Under the pieces are notes generated by a model. The model had not been told where the DNA came from. It worked only from the letters and a program-made list of their open reading frames with translations, and did no database searches. Positions 49,493 to 60,553 of a DNA stretch of 64,000 nucleotides are shown here, one piece after another (the stretch's first letter is position 1; each line of letters starts with the position of its first letter). Location: NCBI GenBank assembly GCA_965248755.1, contig OZ252149.1, positions 864,001 to 928,000 on the forward strand, read 5' to 3'. The DNA comes from Candidatus Latescibacterota bacterium. GTDB lineage: Bacteria; Latescibacterota; CBDEFO01. The translations under genes were made by a program, and so were the position numbers.

Positions 49493-50025
49493 GGTAATTT
49501 CTCCTTTCTTATTGCGCTCCAAATTCCAGCATCGACTAGATATCGACCCTCATCTCTTAGTTCAAATTCCTTATGCGATCCCTCAACCATATTATCCCTT
49601 ATAATTCCGTTTATCAGCCGATATTTAATGAAGAAACCGTCAGCACTAAAAACGCCAAGTTCCATGCTTAATCCCCAAGTAAAGGAGAAGCTTCCCCAAA
49701 CCACTAAGGAATCCACTTGGTTATTCGATTGTATCTCGATTGCTCCGTGAACACCGACAGGAATAGCTGCGATTTTTGGTATTCTCTCAATAATATCAAA
49801 ATAGTACGGAGGCATTAGGTCATCATAAAATCCATAAGTCAATATACCCTCAAAGGTGTTTTCCTGCCCTGTGTTTTCGCTGATCAGGCTCCCTGTCCAT
49901 AGACCGTTTATGATCTCTCCTGGATCAGGTTCTTCTTTTTCTTCACCACACCCCGCTAAGAATAGAGATAATATAACGACACTAGATAGGTTTGTGACAA
50001 AAGACTTCCTCATCAAGCATTTCAT
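49489..50025 (-). CDS. Lipoprotein, module 3
   Basis: Lipobox FLAGC; GLWTGSL; ends GIWSAIRKEKLP. Confidence 0.8.
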   Translation of the reverse strand: MKCLMRKSFVTNLSSVVILSLFLAGCGEEKEEPDPGEIINGLWTGSLISENTGQENTFEGILTYGFYDDLMPPYYFDIIERIPKIAAIPVGVHGAIEIQSNNQVDSLVVWGSFSFTWGLSMELGVFSADGFFIKYRLINGIIRDNMVEGSHKEFELRDEGRYLVDAGIWSAIRKEKLP

Positions 50026-50124
50026 TCGTCTGTCCACTGCAATATTCCCCCTGACTGAGTTCAAATTGGAGTACGCTGTTAGCAGCTATCCGTTTTACTT
50101 GATTAAGCATCCCTCCGTTCTATC

Positions 50125-51072
50125 TCAATCTGGAAACCACTGCACACTTGCGGAATCAAAGCTCTTAAGCCAATAGTCCTGTGAGCCGCCGTCCCAATTA
50201 AGATCATAATCCCCACTAGTGTCGGTATTCCCAGACGTTACGTCTCCCCAAACATCATCCACCTCAATTTTCTCATGTCTAAAATCCCTAGCTGCATCCG
50301 CTTCGTCCCAATATTCAGGCTTCACGTTCCCCTGTACTTTACCCTTGATTTGTCGGAAAGCTTCCTTGGAAGTGCTCCACTCCTCAACGACCTTGCCATC
50401 AATTGCATCTATGAAATACATCATACCTTTTGAGGGCTTCTCGGAAGATAACCCAAGTTTCCACGTCAGGTGATATTCTATTCTGTTATTGGTTTCCTTA
50501 GGAAATATAAACAACGCCGGATGATCATCAACGATGATATCCAACGATCCTAATCTTTCCGTTGCTAAAACAACGGCTTCATCTTCACTAACTAGCGGCG
50601 TGGTTGAGACGTTTATCTGAGGATGGGAATCAGAACCCATAAGAATAACGTTCCAGTTCGGGTCAACTGTGAAACTTACATAAGCCTTGTACACCGGAAT
50701 CCTCTGATGTCTCTGCTGAAATGTAACATACCAGTTTCCAGAACCTTGGCTGGCCTCCTTAAACTCAAGGTCAGACATATTCACCTTCAGCAGATCTTTG
50801 TAATCTGCAATGAAACTTCTGCTTATAGTTTCAACATTGCCTTTTTGCAGTGATACAGCACCGGCAAAATACCTATCGATCTTGACCCCATGGCCCATTA
50901 TCCTGTGGGGGCTTTTGGTGATCGGATTCTGAAAAGCAGTAAGCTCGTTGCCATATATGTCCACCACCATCTGTCGTTCCAATCCTCTCTGAGCGTAGGA
51001 AGGCCTGAAAACAGCAAATGATAAAACTATTCCGAAGAACAAATATAGATACCTGCAATTTGAATATTTCAT
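50125..51072 (-). pseudogene. Truncated peptidase (propeptide plus start of mature domain), module 2
   Basis: Paralogous to the 46289 gene up to QDYWL, then runs into the module-3 leader; no HEXXH. Confidence 0.85.
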
Positions 51073-51641
51073 GGTAATTTCTCCTTTCTTATTGCGCTCC
51101 AGATTCCAGCATCAATTATATCTTCTTCACCGCTAGGTCCAAATGCATCATATGTTCCCTCCATCATGGGGTTGTTTACGATTCCACTTGTCGTCAGCTG
51201 ATATTTGGGAGGGTAAAACGCGCCAGCTCTGAGGAATATTACCAATGGCCACTCAAACGAGAAACGATAACTACCAGATATCAATGTATCCGCTTGGGCA
51301 TCTGATAGTATTATGAACACCCCGCCAACACCCAATGGAGTATCTGTATTTTTTGGACTTCTGTTCGCTATATCACTATAGTACGGGGGCAGTAAGTCCA
51401 TATTACCATAATTCAAGATGGCCACAAAAGTCTTTTCCTCCCCTGTGCTTTCGCTGATCAGGCTCCCTGTCCACAAGCCATCTATGATATTTCGAACCTC
51501 TTTTATATCAGGGTCTTCGTAATCGCCTTCCTCTATGACTTCCTCTATGACGCCTTTTTCACCGCACCCCGCTGAGAATAGAGAGATTATAAACACGCTA
51601 GTTGCGGTTATCAAAGAGACTTTGCTCATCAAGCACTTCAT
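51069..51641 (-). CDS. Lipoprotein, module 2
   Basis: Lipobox FSAGC; same family as modules 1 and 3. Confidence 0.8.
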   Translation of the reverse strand: MKCLMSKVSLITATSVFIISLFSAGCGEKGVIEEVIEEGDYEDPDIKEVRNIIDGLWTGSLISESTGEEKTFVAILNYGNMDLLPPYYSDIANRSPKNTDTPLGVGGVFIILSDAQADTLISGSYRFSFEWPLVIFLRAGAFYPPKYQLTTSGIVNNPMMEGTYDAFGPSGEEDIIDAGIWSAIRKEKLP

Positions 51642-51898
51642 TTGTCCGTCCACTGCAATATTTCCCCTGACCCAGTTTAAATTGGAGTACGCTGTTTTCA
51701 GCCATACGTTGTATATACTAAGTATCCTCCCTTCTGCTTTAAGACCGAAACCACTTCCCACTTGTAATATCAAAGCTTTTTAAGTTAACACCAGTTACCT
51801 TTTTAGCATACAATAGGGAAGCCGAAGGGATAGGCTGATACCGATTTGCCAATATATAAACCAATTCTTTAGGGTGCGTTAAAAGACACCTAAGCTGA

Positions 51899-52534
51899 TT
51901 ATGGTGAGGAGAGTGTAAGTTTCCACGCCAGGTGATATTCTATTCTGCCATTGTTCTCCTTAGGAAATATAAGCAACGATGGCTGATCGTCAACGCTGGA
52001 AGGCAAAAATACTAATCTTTCCCTAGCTAAATTTATGGCTATATCCGCAGTAATAACAGGCGTCGTGGAGACATCTATCTGAGGATGGAAATCAGAGCCC
52101 ATAAGGATGACATTCCAGTTTGGGTCAACTGTGAAGCTGACGTATGCTCCATACACCGGAACCCCTTGTTGTCTCTGCTGAAAGGTTACATACCAGTTTC
52201 CAGAACCTTGTCTGGCCTCTTTAAACTCCAGATCAGGCATATTCACCTGAAGTAAATCCCTGTAATCGGTTATCAAGCTTCTGCTTATAGTTTCAACATT
52301 TCCTTTTTGCAGTGATACAGCACCGGCAAAATACCTATCGATCTTGATCCCATGGCCCATTATTCTATGGGGACTCTTGGTGATCGGATTCTGAAAGGCA
52401 GTAAGCTCGTTGCCATACATGTCCACGAGCATCTGTCGTTCCAACCCTCGCTGGGCATAGGAAGGACTGAAAAAAGCAAGGGATAAAACTACGCCCAATA
52501 CTAAAGATAAGCACCTGCAAGTTGAATGTCTCAT
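51899..52534 (-). pseudogene. Truncated peptidase (propeptide only), module 1
   Basis: Paralog stops inside the PepSY region (EYHLAWKLTLSSP*). Confidence 0.85.
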
Positions 52535-53061
52535 GGCAATTTCTCCTTTCTTAATGCACTCCAAGTTCCAGAATCAATTGTATTTCCTTCACCGCGAGGT
52601 CCAAATTCCTCATATGTCCCCTCCATCATGGGGCTGTTTACGATTCCACTTGTTGTCAGCCGATATTTTGGAGGGGATGACCCGCCAGCTCTGATGAATA
52701 TTACCAATGGCCACTCAAAAGAGAAACGATAACTATCAGATATCAAGGTATCCACTTGGGCATCTGATTGTATAATGAACACCCCGGCAACACCCCCTGG
52801 AGTATCTGTAATTTTTGGACTTTTCTTCATTATATCAAAAAAGTGCGGTGGCAGTATGTCCAGATTACTAAAACTCAAAATGGCCTCAAAAGTCTTTTCA
52901 TCCCCTGTGCTTTCGCTGATCAGGCTCCCTGTCCATAGACCGTTTATGATCTCTCCTGGATCAGGTTCTTCTTTTTCTTCACCACACCCCGCTAAGAATA
53001 GAGATAATATAACGACACTAGATAGGTTTGTGACAAAAGACTTCCTCATCAAGCATTTCAT
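52531..53061 (-). CDS. Lipoprotein, module 1
   Basis: Lipobox FLAGC; N-terminus identical to module 3, C-terminus close to module 2. Confidence 0.8.
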   Translation of the reverse strand: MKCLMRKSFVTNLSSVVILSLFLAGCGEEKEEPDPGEIINGLWTGSLISESTGDEKTFEAILSFSNLDILPPHFFDIMKKSPKITDTPGGVAGVFIIQSDAQVDTLISDSYRFSFEWPLVIFIRAGGSSPPKYRLTTSGIVNSPMMEGTYEEFGPRGEGNTIDSGTWSALRKEKLP

Positions 53062-53391
53062 TCGTCTGTCCACTGCAATATTCCCCCTGACTGAGTTCAA
53101 ATTGGAGTACGCTGTTAGCAGCTATCCGTTTTACTTGATTAAGCATCCCTCCGTTCTATCTCAATCTGGAAACCACTGCACACTTGCGGAATCAAAGCTC
53201 ATTAAGTTAATAGCAATGCCGTTTTTGGCAGATGCTCAGGCAACCACCCTACTGTTACGTAGAATTCGTGAACGACGCTGCACTTGCAGATGTGCTTGAC
53301 AATCTTCTGCACTCCCTGTACATTAGAATGCAAGTCTAATTTCTGCGACGCTATAAACGTTCCCCCATTTTATCTGTTGGATAATATTTGA

Positions 53392-53412
53392 CTGTGACAT
53401 TTTCTGTCACAG
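53392..53412. promoter_or_regulatory. Candidate operator (8-5-8 inverted repeat)
   Basis: CTGTGACA-TTTTC-TGTCACAG upstream of the lipoprotein-peptidase array. Confidence 0.4.
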
Positions 53413-54064
53413 ATTACGGAATTCCCGCAATGTTCTTGTTAAGTATTTCTACAGGATAATATGATGGCTTGTCTGATCCCGAATTAGGTATAAAAAGGTA
53501 ATTCTTTGTCATGTACTTGAAGTAGCCAAAGATGATTTTGGTTTCGAAAAGGAGGATTTCAGATTGGCGAGTACACAACACAACACTCCCTTTCATAAAT
53601 ATTGAATCCAGCCCAAATACAACACGTAGTTTCCTCGGATCGGGATAGGGAAACACCCAAACTGAATTCGCATCTTAATATACGAGAATTCCTACACTCT
53701 GTCAAGCTTTTCTTAGTACTATTTTGAAGATAACCATAATATGTTACATAATATAGAATATATCAACGATTATATAAATACTATAAGACATTTGTAAACA
53801 TGAACTATATCAGCTATAGTTGTCAAAGCCAGGGAAGTTGGAAATACAGAAGTCATCACCATTCCAAAGCCCATCTCTCAACTTCTGCATATCAGGAATC
53901 TGGAACCTGTGGTCGAAGCTGCGAACGGCAGAGCCCCTTTGTCTTTGGCTGTTGGCGTATCTCCACACCGCAAAGTGTGCTGCGTTCCAGGCCGCTTGGG
54001 AAGCTGGCGCGGATGCAGTTGTGCGCTGGCACCTCCTGCAGCAGACGCGGATTTGGACATTGAT

Positions 54065-54085
54065 CTCCGATTGAATCTATCAAGG
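54065..54085. repeat. Degenerate 21-bp palindrome copy
   Basis: CTCCGATTGAATCTATCAAGG. Confidence 0.75.
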
Positions 54086-54226
54086 ATTGATTTTGAAAGG
54101 CAACCGATTCCTTGGCTGACTACGACTGACACAGGTTTAGACAGCCCCCTGATCGTGCACACTGGATATAGCTTCGGCGAGCCGATCATTCCCCTTGACC
54201 CATCCTACAGACCCCGAAAGAATGAT

Positions 54227-54247
54227 CCCCGATTGCTTCTATCGGGG
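54227..54247. repeat. 21-bp palindrome copy
   Basis: CCCCGATTGCTTCTATCGGGG. Confidence 0.88.
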
Positions 54248-56215
54248 AGTGCAGGCCTCTTTTTCACCTCTTATTCCCGCCGCACAGTTGATCATAGAAC
54301 ACTGTTCATTAGAAAGCATGGTGAACTCATCTGCATGGGAGGCCCCAATGACCATTGACATTGAAAATAGTTACGCCAAGTACGTCATTCAGAGCGATGG
54401 CAGGAATCTCCATTTTGTGGACAAGTCAACGGGGCTAGACTATTGCGTCCAGAACCCCAGATCCTCGTTTGCCCGCGTGAAGAAAACAGGCCGGTACTAC
54501 GGCGCTTCATCGGTCTCCTACACCGATGGGCAAATAGAAGTGCAGTTTGGAGAATCGGGGGTGAGCGGTGTCATAGGAGTTGTCACCCATGACCACTATT
54601 TCATCCTGGAAGTTGTGTCCGTGGGCGACGAGCATGTGGAAGAGCTGGTGTTCGCCGACATCCGACTCACGCTTGGAGGAGTGACGGAAGAATCCTTCGC
54701 CGCCTGTGCACTTGCGCTGAATCTCCAGACCAAAGTCACTGAATTACCGGGACCGAACAGCCATCTCCGAGCCGCGTGCTATCCAAGATTCGGATTTCCC
54801 GGTGCCAAGGTGGCTCTTATCGGATGTCCACAGAGCGAACTTCGCAGGGTGTTGCAGGAGGCGGTAAGTGCCGCTGAAGAGCTGCCTCACTCGGCCATCG
54901 GAGGGTCGTGGGCGTTAGATGCTCCCATAAACAAAGGCTCGTATCTTTTCAATTTTGGCAACGTTACCGAGGAGACAGTAGACGACTGGATCGGCTTGGT
55001 CCAGAGCCTGGGATTCAAACAGCTCGATTTCCACGGAGGGCGCTCCTTCCGATTTGGAGACTGCCGGCCCGATCCAGAGATGTACCCGCATGGGTTGGCC
55101 AGCCTGAAGGCCGTGATTGACAGGCTCCACGCGGCGGACATCGCAGCGGGCCTGCACACCTATTCATTCTTGATCGACAAGAGTTGCCCATGGGTGACTC
55201 CCGTTCCTGACCCGCGTCTGGGGATGGATGCGACATTCACTCTGGCCGAGCCGTTGACGCCCAAGGCCGCCGCGGTGCCGGTAGTCGAGTCAACAGTGAA
55301 TATGTCCACAATCACGGGCTTTGTCGTGCGCAATAGCGTAACGCTGCAGGTCAATAACGAGCTTATTACGTACACCGGTGTCACCAGGGATCCGCCGTAC
55401 GCTTTCACCGGCTGCGAACGAGGCGCCTACGGCACTCGCGTCGAACCCCACGCCAAAGGAGCTGAGGTACACCATCTCAAGGAGTGCTACGGGCTGTTCG
55501 TGCCCGATGCTGATTCCACACTCCTTGCGGAAGTGGCGGCCAAGACTGCGGAAGCCTTCAACGAATGCGGCTTCGACATGATATACCTGGATGCTCTGGA
55601 CGGCGAGGACGTCCTGGGAGGCGAGGAAAACGGCTGGCACTACGGTTCGAAGTTCGTCTTTGAGCTGTGGAAGCGACTGAAGAAGCCGGCGCTTGTGGAG
55701 ATGAGCACGTTCCACCATCACCTCTGGTTCGTCCGCTCCCGCATGGGGGCCTGGGATCATCCGAGGCGCAGTCACAAGAAGTTCATCGATATCCACTGCG
55801 AGGCGAACGAGAGCTACCAGCGTATGTACCTGCCGGTGAACCTGGGGTGGTGGGCCGTTAAGACCTGGTCCGGGGCTCAGGGCGAGCCGACATTCCCGGA
55901 TGACATCGAGTATCTGTGCTGCAAGTGTCTCGGGACTGACGCCAGCTTATCTTTGATGGGCATAGATCCCGACAATGCCCATGAGATTCCGGCGTTATCC
56001 AGGCTGGCCAACATCATAAAAGATTATGAAACCCTGCGCCTCTCGAACTATTTTCCAGAATCGGTTAAGGCCAAGCTGAGGGCACCGGGCGAGGAGTTTA
56101 CGCTGATGCGGAGTCCACGCGGAAAATACCAGTTCCAGCGCGTTCAGTACGCCAAGCACAAAGTGGAGTGTATGGACATGTGGAGCAACGCCTGGAAGAC
56201 CTATAATAGATTCGA

Positions 56216-57841
56216 CCGACATTCCCCATATCACATTCATGAGGGATTATATTTCGATACATTCTTGTTTCTGAATTAATATTACCACTTTTACATTTTT
56301 CAACAAGTACTTTTTTCAATTAAAATAGTATTTTCCTCTGAATTATCACTTTCTTTGTGTTTAAATCCTCCAATTAGAGACACCTCTCCATCGACTCACA
56401 AAAAAATGTGGCAGTTTAAACAGAATAACATCGCAATCGTTCAATCCGGGATAATATTTCGGCAAATAACCTCTTGTCTATCCCAACCTCAGCCATTTGA
56501 AACGTAATATATCCGCTGTGTCTGACAATCTTCGCTCCGATTTTGATAAATTTCACGAGGAGGCTGCGTAGTGACCAGTGTTTGATTTTCTTCGGAAGAA
56601 CAAAACGTCGCAGGAAGTTGCCCAAGTTGTAAGCCAGAACAAACAGCCAGAGCCTCACCTGATTGGAGACGAAACGCTTGCATGAGAGTCGGGTCCAGTT
56701 CAGAGCATACTTGCCCTCCTTAATCCACTGCTCAGCTCTGCCACGGCCATTGTAGAAGTGTACCACGCCTTCTGGCTTGGCGCTCATGTTGGTCACGATA
56801 AATCCCACTCTTGGGAATAACTCCCCTTGGTGCCATTCAACCTTGGCGACCACTCGCCTCGATTGATCCCAACTGGCCGCTTTATATTGAAATTCATATA
56901 ACGATACAATCGGTTTCCTCGGCGGTCGTCCAACTGGCCGAGTCAGCAGGTATCGTATCTTTTCATAGAGTATCTCATTTGCGGGAAGCCGAATGGCATA
57001 CAAATAGCCGTTTCCCTCCAGATAATCATAAATCTCAGGCTTTGCGAATGCAGCATCGCCTCGAAAGTATTTCCTATTCTTCTTGCTCTCGTATCTCTTG
57101 ACGATCGGTTCCAGAACTTCCTTCCAACGATCAGCACTGTGAACATTACCAGAGCGAAGTAGGACTCCTTCACAATCCCCGAACTGATTGAAGCAGAACA
57201 CTGGATGAAAACAGGTACATCCGAAATGACCGTTGTAAGCTGATCCTTCCTGCTGGCCATGTACCGGACTCTCCGAACTGTCCATGTCCAGAATGATTCG
57301 TTGATGCTGTGTTTTACTCATCGCTTTTTGAACCCACTTGCCATTGATATCTGACAAGTTTCTGAGATTGTCATGCTGAGTCAGTATATCAGTTTCAAAA
57401 CGTCCTATCGTGTTGGAGCTGGCAGCTTGCCTGCCTTTGTCCTTCTTTCCGGTAATCGCTCGCATGACGGGATCAACGGATAATCGCTCGGCGTCATTTA
57501 CATCTTCATATCCTGCAAGACGGCTGTATATCGATTGACGCAGGAGAGTAGATATATCATGTTGGATATTACGGCCTGTGCGTTTATCGGTAAAAACCGC
57601 TGATACCGAATCAAATAATCCCAGTGCGTAATCAAGGTCACGATACGCAAGAAGTCCACCGTTTGATGTCACCTTTGCACCATGAAATTCAAGCTTTATT
57701 CCTCCATCAAAACCTACTTTCATTCTTTCACCCTCTGGATGATCAATATTTATCCGCCATTTATGAGTCTTATTTATTGTAATATAACATGTTCTGGCGA
57801 CTTTGACAACCATTTTTCGGGTCTAATATGGCGAATGGGGG
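56216..57841 (-). mobile_element. IS1380-family element, copy 2
   Basis: 5-bp target duplication TTCGA (56211-56215 and 57842-57846). Confidence 0.97.
56416..57813 (-). CDS. IS1380-family transposase
   Basis: Translation identical to 25540-26937. Confidence 0.93.
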   Translation of the reverse strand: MVVKVARTCYITINKTHKWRINIDHPEGERMKVGFDGGIKLEFHGAKVTSNGGLLAYRDLDYALGLFDSVSAVFTDKRTGRNIQHDISTLLRQSIYSRLAGYEDVNDAERLSVDPVMRAITGKKDKGRQAASSNTIGRFETDILTQHDNLRNLSDINGKWVQKAMSKTQHQRIILDMDSSESPVHGQQEGSAYNGHFGCTCFHPVFCFNQFGDCEGVLLRSGNVHSADRWKEVLEPIVKRYESKKNRKYFRGDAAFAKPEIYDYLEGNGYLYAIRLPANEILYEKIRYLLTRPVGRPPRKPIVSLYEFQYKAASWDQSRRVVAKVEWHQGELFPRVGFIVTNMSAKPEGVVHFYNGRGRAEQWIKEGKYALNWTRLSCKRFVSNQVRLWLFVLAYNLGNFLRRFVLPKKIKHWSLRSLLVKFIKIGAKIVRHSGYITFQMAEVGIDKRLFAEILSRIERLRCYSV

Positions 57842-58871
57842 TTCGAACGTCAGTCCGTTGGTCTGCGCATCGAAGCGTTGATGGCCGCCGGCCCCTACGA
57901 TGCAGCGGGGAATGTGACCCTGGCCGATTTCGAGGATGTCGCGGATTTCGACGATCGGGAAGCCGAGTCTGAGATTCAGGTAGACCTGCGGATGTCGTGG
58001 GACAATGTGCAAAGCGGAACGAGCAGCGGTTTCCTGACGGCGTCGAGCAGTCGGTCAAGCCGGAAGGGCGCGTGGACGAAGGTCGGCAAGAGGTTCTCGC
58101 CCCCGATTGACCTCAGCGCGCTTGAGGGCCTCGGAGTCTGGGTGTATGGCGACGGCAAAGGAGAAGTCCTGAACTTCCAGGTGAGAAGCCCCGAACATGT
58201 TGTTGCGGGCATCGGGGAGCACTACGTTATCGTCGACTTCATGGGGTGGCGCTATTTTGAGCTGATCGAGCCCGAGGGGGGCCGCTACGCCGATTACGCG
58301 TGGCCATATGGCCACGCGTATGCGATTTACCGCGAACGCGTGCAATACGACCAGGTGGCAGGCCTTTGCCTGTGGTATAACAACCTGCCTCCGAACGATG
58401 CGGCAACTTGCTACCTAAGTCCCATCAAGGCCCTGCCGCTGGTCAATGCCACACTCATCAATCCCGCAGTCACTCTGGGCGACAGAAGGATTCTCTTCCC
58501 CACAGATATTGAGAGCGGATGCTACCTGGAGTTCCATTCGATGTCAGACTGCAAGCTTTACGGTCCCCAGGGTGAACTGATCCGTGAGGTAGTTCCAGAA
58601 GGGGGCGCGCCTGTCGTCGAAGCCGGAGAGAACCTGGTGAGCTTCACCTGCGACGTTCAAGGGGACATCAATCCGCGAGCCTTTGTGACAGTAATCAGCC
58701 GGGGTGAGTCGCTATAGAAACTTCTTGAATATTCCCTTAACGTTCTGTGAAACAGTTTTGGCATAGGTGGTCGCAGAGCCCTCACTCCCTTACTAAGTGA
58801 GATGTGCGAAGCGTCTTCCAGGTGTCTGAGAAACTTTCTCACATAATCTGTCTTAATCATTCCTCTGTCTT

Positions 58872-59010
58872 AATCATTCCAAGGAGGCCTGCCCCCGAAT
58901 GATTCTATCGGAGGTTCATACCGAAGCGGTCACATATATGGTTTCTTCCGTGACAGAAAGCCCCGATTGATTCTATCGGGAGGGTTGCTTGGCGTCGCTC
59001 GCATTGACAG
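58872..59010. repeat. Degenerate palindromic element carrying two 21-bp palindrome copies (58893-58913, 58961-58981)
   Basis: TCATTCCAAGGAG...CCGAAGCGGTC...GTTGCTTGGCGTCGCTCGCATTGAC frame with CCCCGAATGATTCTATCGGAG and CCCCGATTGATTCTATCGGGA inside. Confidence 0.7.
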
Positions 59011-59098
59011 TGCCAACTATTATTCTCCTTCCTATACCTATGGCGTTGCATATATTACGTGTTATCAATAGGATAAACAACGCCATCTTAAATTAATT

Positions 59099-60447
59099 GG
59101 GTGTGTAAGGAAATTTGTGTAAATGGGGAAATGAGTTATATTAGTTGGCCACCATTTACATAAGGAGTTCTTACATGGACAAGCTAGACCCGAAGTTGAT
59201 TGATGAGCTTTTGAAGGATTACAAGAAGCCGGAAGACATAATTGGTGAGGAAGGTCTTTTGAAGCAGTTGACGAAGGCGATTCTTGAGCGGGCTCTGGAG
59301 TCAGAGCTTACGTATGAGTTAGGCTACGATAAGAGTTCTCCAGAAGGGAGGAACAGCGGTAATTCGCGCAACGGTAGGAGCACAAAGGGATTGAAGACAG
59401 ATTATGGTGATCTGGAGATATCGGTGCCACGGGATCGGAACAGTCAGTTTGATCCGCAGATAGTGAGGAAGGGGCAGAGGCGATTTACAGGTTTTGATGA
59501 TAAGATACTGTCTATGTATGCCCGAGGGATGACCACACGTGATATACAGGCTCATTTGGAGGAGATATACGGTGTAGAGGTGTCCCCTGATTTGATATCG
59601 ACTGTGACCGATGGGATCATATCAGAGGTGAAGCAGTGGTAGGATCGTCCTTTGGAAGGGGTGTATCCCATAGTATTCTTTGATTCTCTGGTGATGAAGA
59701 TTAGAGACGAAGGCCGGATCGTATAACAAGGCGGTGTATCTTGCGGTAGGGGTTGGTCTGGATGGGATGAAAGACGTTTTGGGTATCTGGATTGCAAAGA
59801 GCGAGGGGGCGAAGTTCTGGTTGCAAGTTTTCACGGAGCTTAAGAATCGGGGGATGAACGATGTGTTGATAGCTTGCGTGGATGGTCTCCAGGGTCTTCC
59901 AGAGGCTATTGAATCCGTATTTCCCCAAGCAGAGGTCCAGCTCTGTATTGTCCATGTGGTGAGGAATTCCTTGAAGTTCGTGTCGTATAGGGATCGTAAG
60001 AAGATTGCCGCCGACCTCAAGAAATATATACCGAGCCCCCACGGTAGAACAGGCTGAAGAGGCCCTTGGAGATTTTCAGGAGGCTTGGGACAGCCGTTAT
60101 CCGATGATAAGTAAATCGTGGCAGAATAACTGGTCTCGGATCATCCCGTTTTTCGCCTACTCTGAAGAGATCCGAAGGGTGATCTATACCACAAACGCCA
60201 TCGAATCGCTTAATAACTCTCTACGGAAAGTAATAAAGAACAGAAATAGCTTCCCAAACGACGAGGCAGCGATTAAGTTACTCTATATGGCACTCGAGAA
60301 TATCAAGAAACAATGGACGATGCCGATCAGGAACTGGAGCTTGGCCATTCACCAATTCTCCATCCACTTCGAGGGGAAATTTGGTATAGAATAAGCCGAA
60401 AAGGGTACAGAAGAAAATCCCATTTACACAAAAAAACTGACAGACCC
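59099..60447 (+). mobile_element. IS256-family element with inactivated transposase
   Basis: Inverted ends GGGTGTGTAAGGAAATTTGTGTAAATGGG and CCCATTTACACAAAAAAACTGACAGACCC; VPRDR, DGLQGL, QLCIVH, IYTTNAIES; TAG at 59640 and two frameshifts; no duplication seen. Confidence 0.93.
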
Positions 60448-60553
60448 CACTTTTAGACTGAAAGGGGAAATTGACAGGGATTTATTAAGCAGAATATTGC
60501 GATCAGCCCGGATCAGTAAGGATGATTAGGAAGGGCTATAAGGCTTTGAGTGC

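Larger units (their letters stand above)
54348..58717 (+). pseudogene. Large hypothetical protein (possible glycoside-hydrolase-like barrel) split by IS1380 copy 2
   Basis: GGAGG RBS before ATG 54348; YNRF joins ERQSVGLRIEALMAAG in frame after removing the IS and one duplication; GFDMIYLD motif. Confidence 0.75.

Noticed and set aside
46289..53210. Diversity-generating retroelement behind the near-identical repeats
   Set aside because: No reverse transcriptase is present and the differences are not adenine-specific.
54195..54347. N-terminal extension of the 54195 ORF containing the palindrome as a second in-frame insertion
   Set aside because: A better start with a GGAGG RBS lies at 54348, so that copy is probably upstream of the gene.
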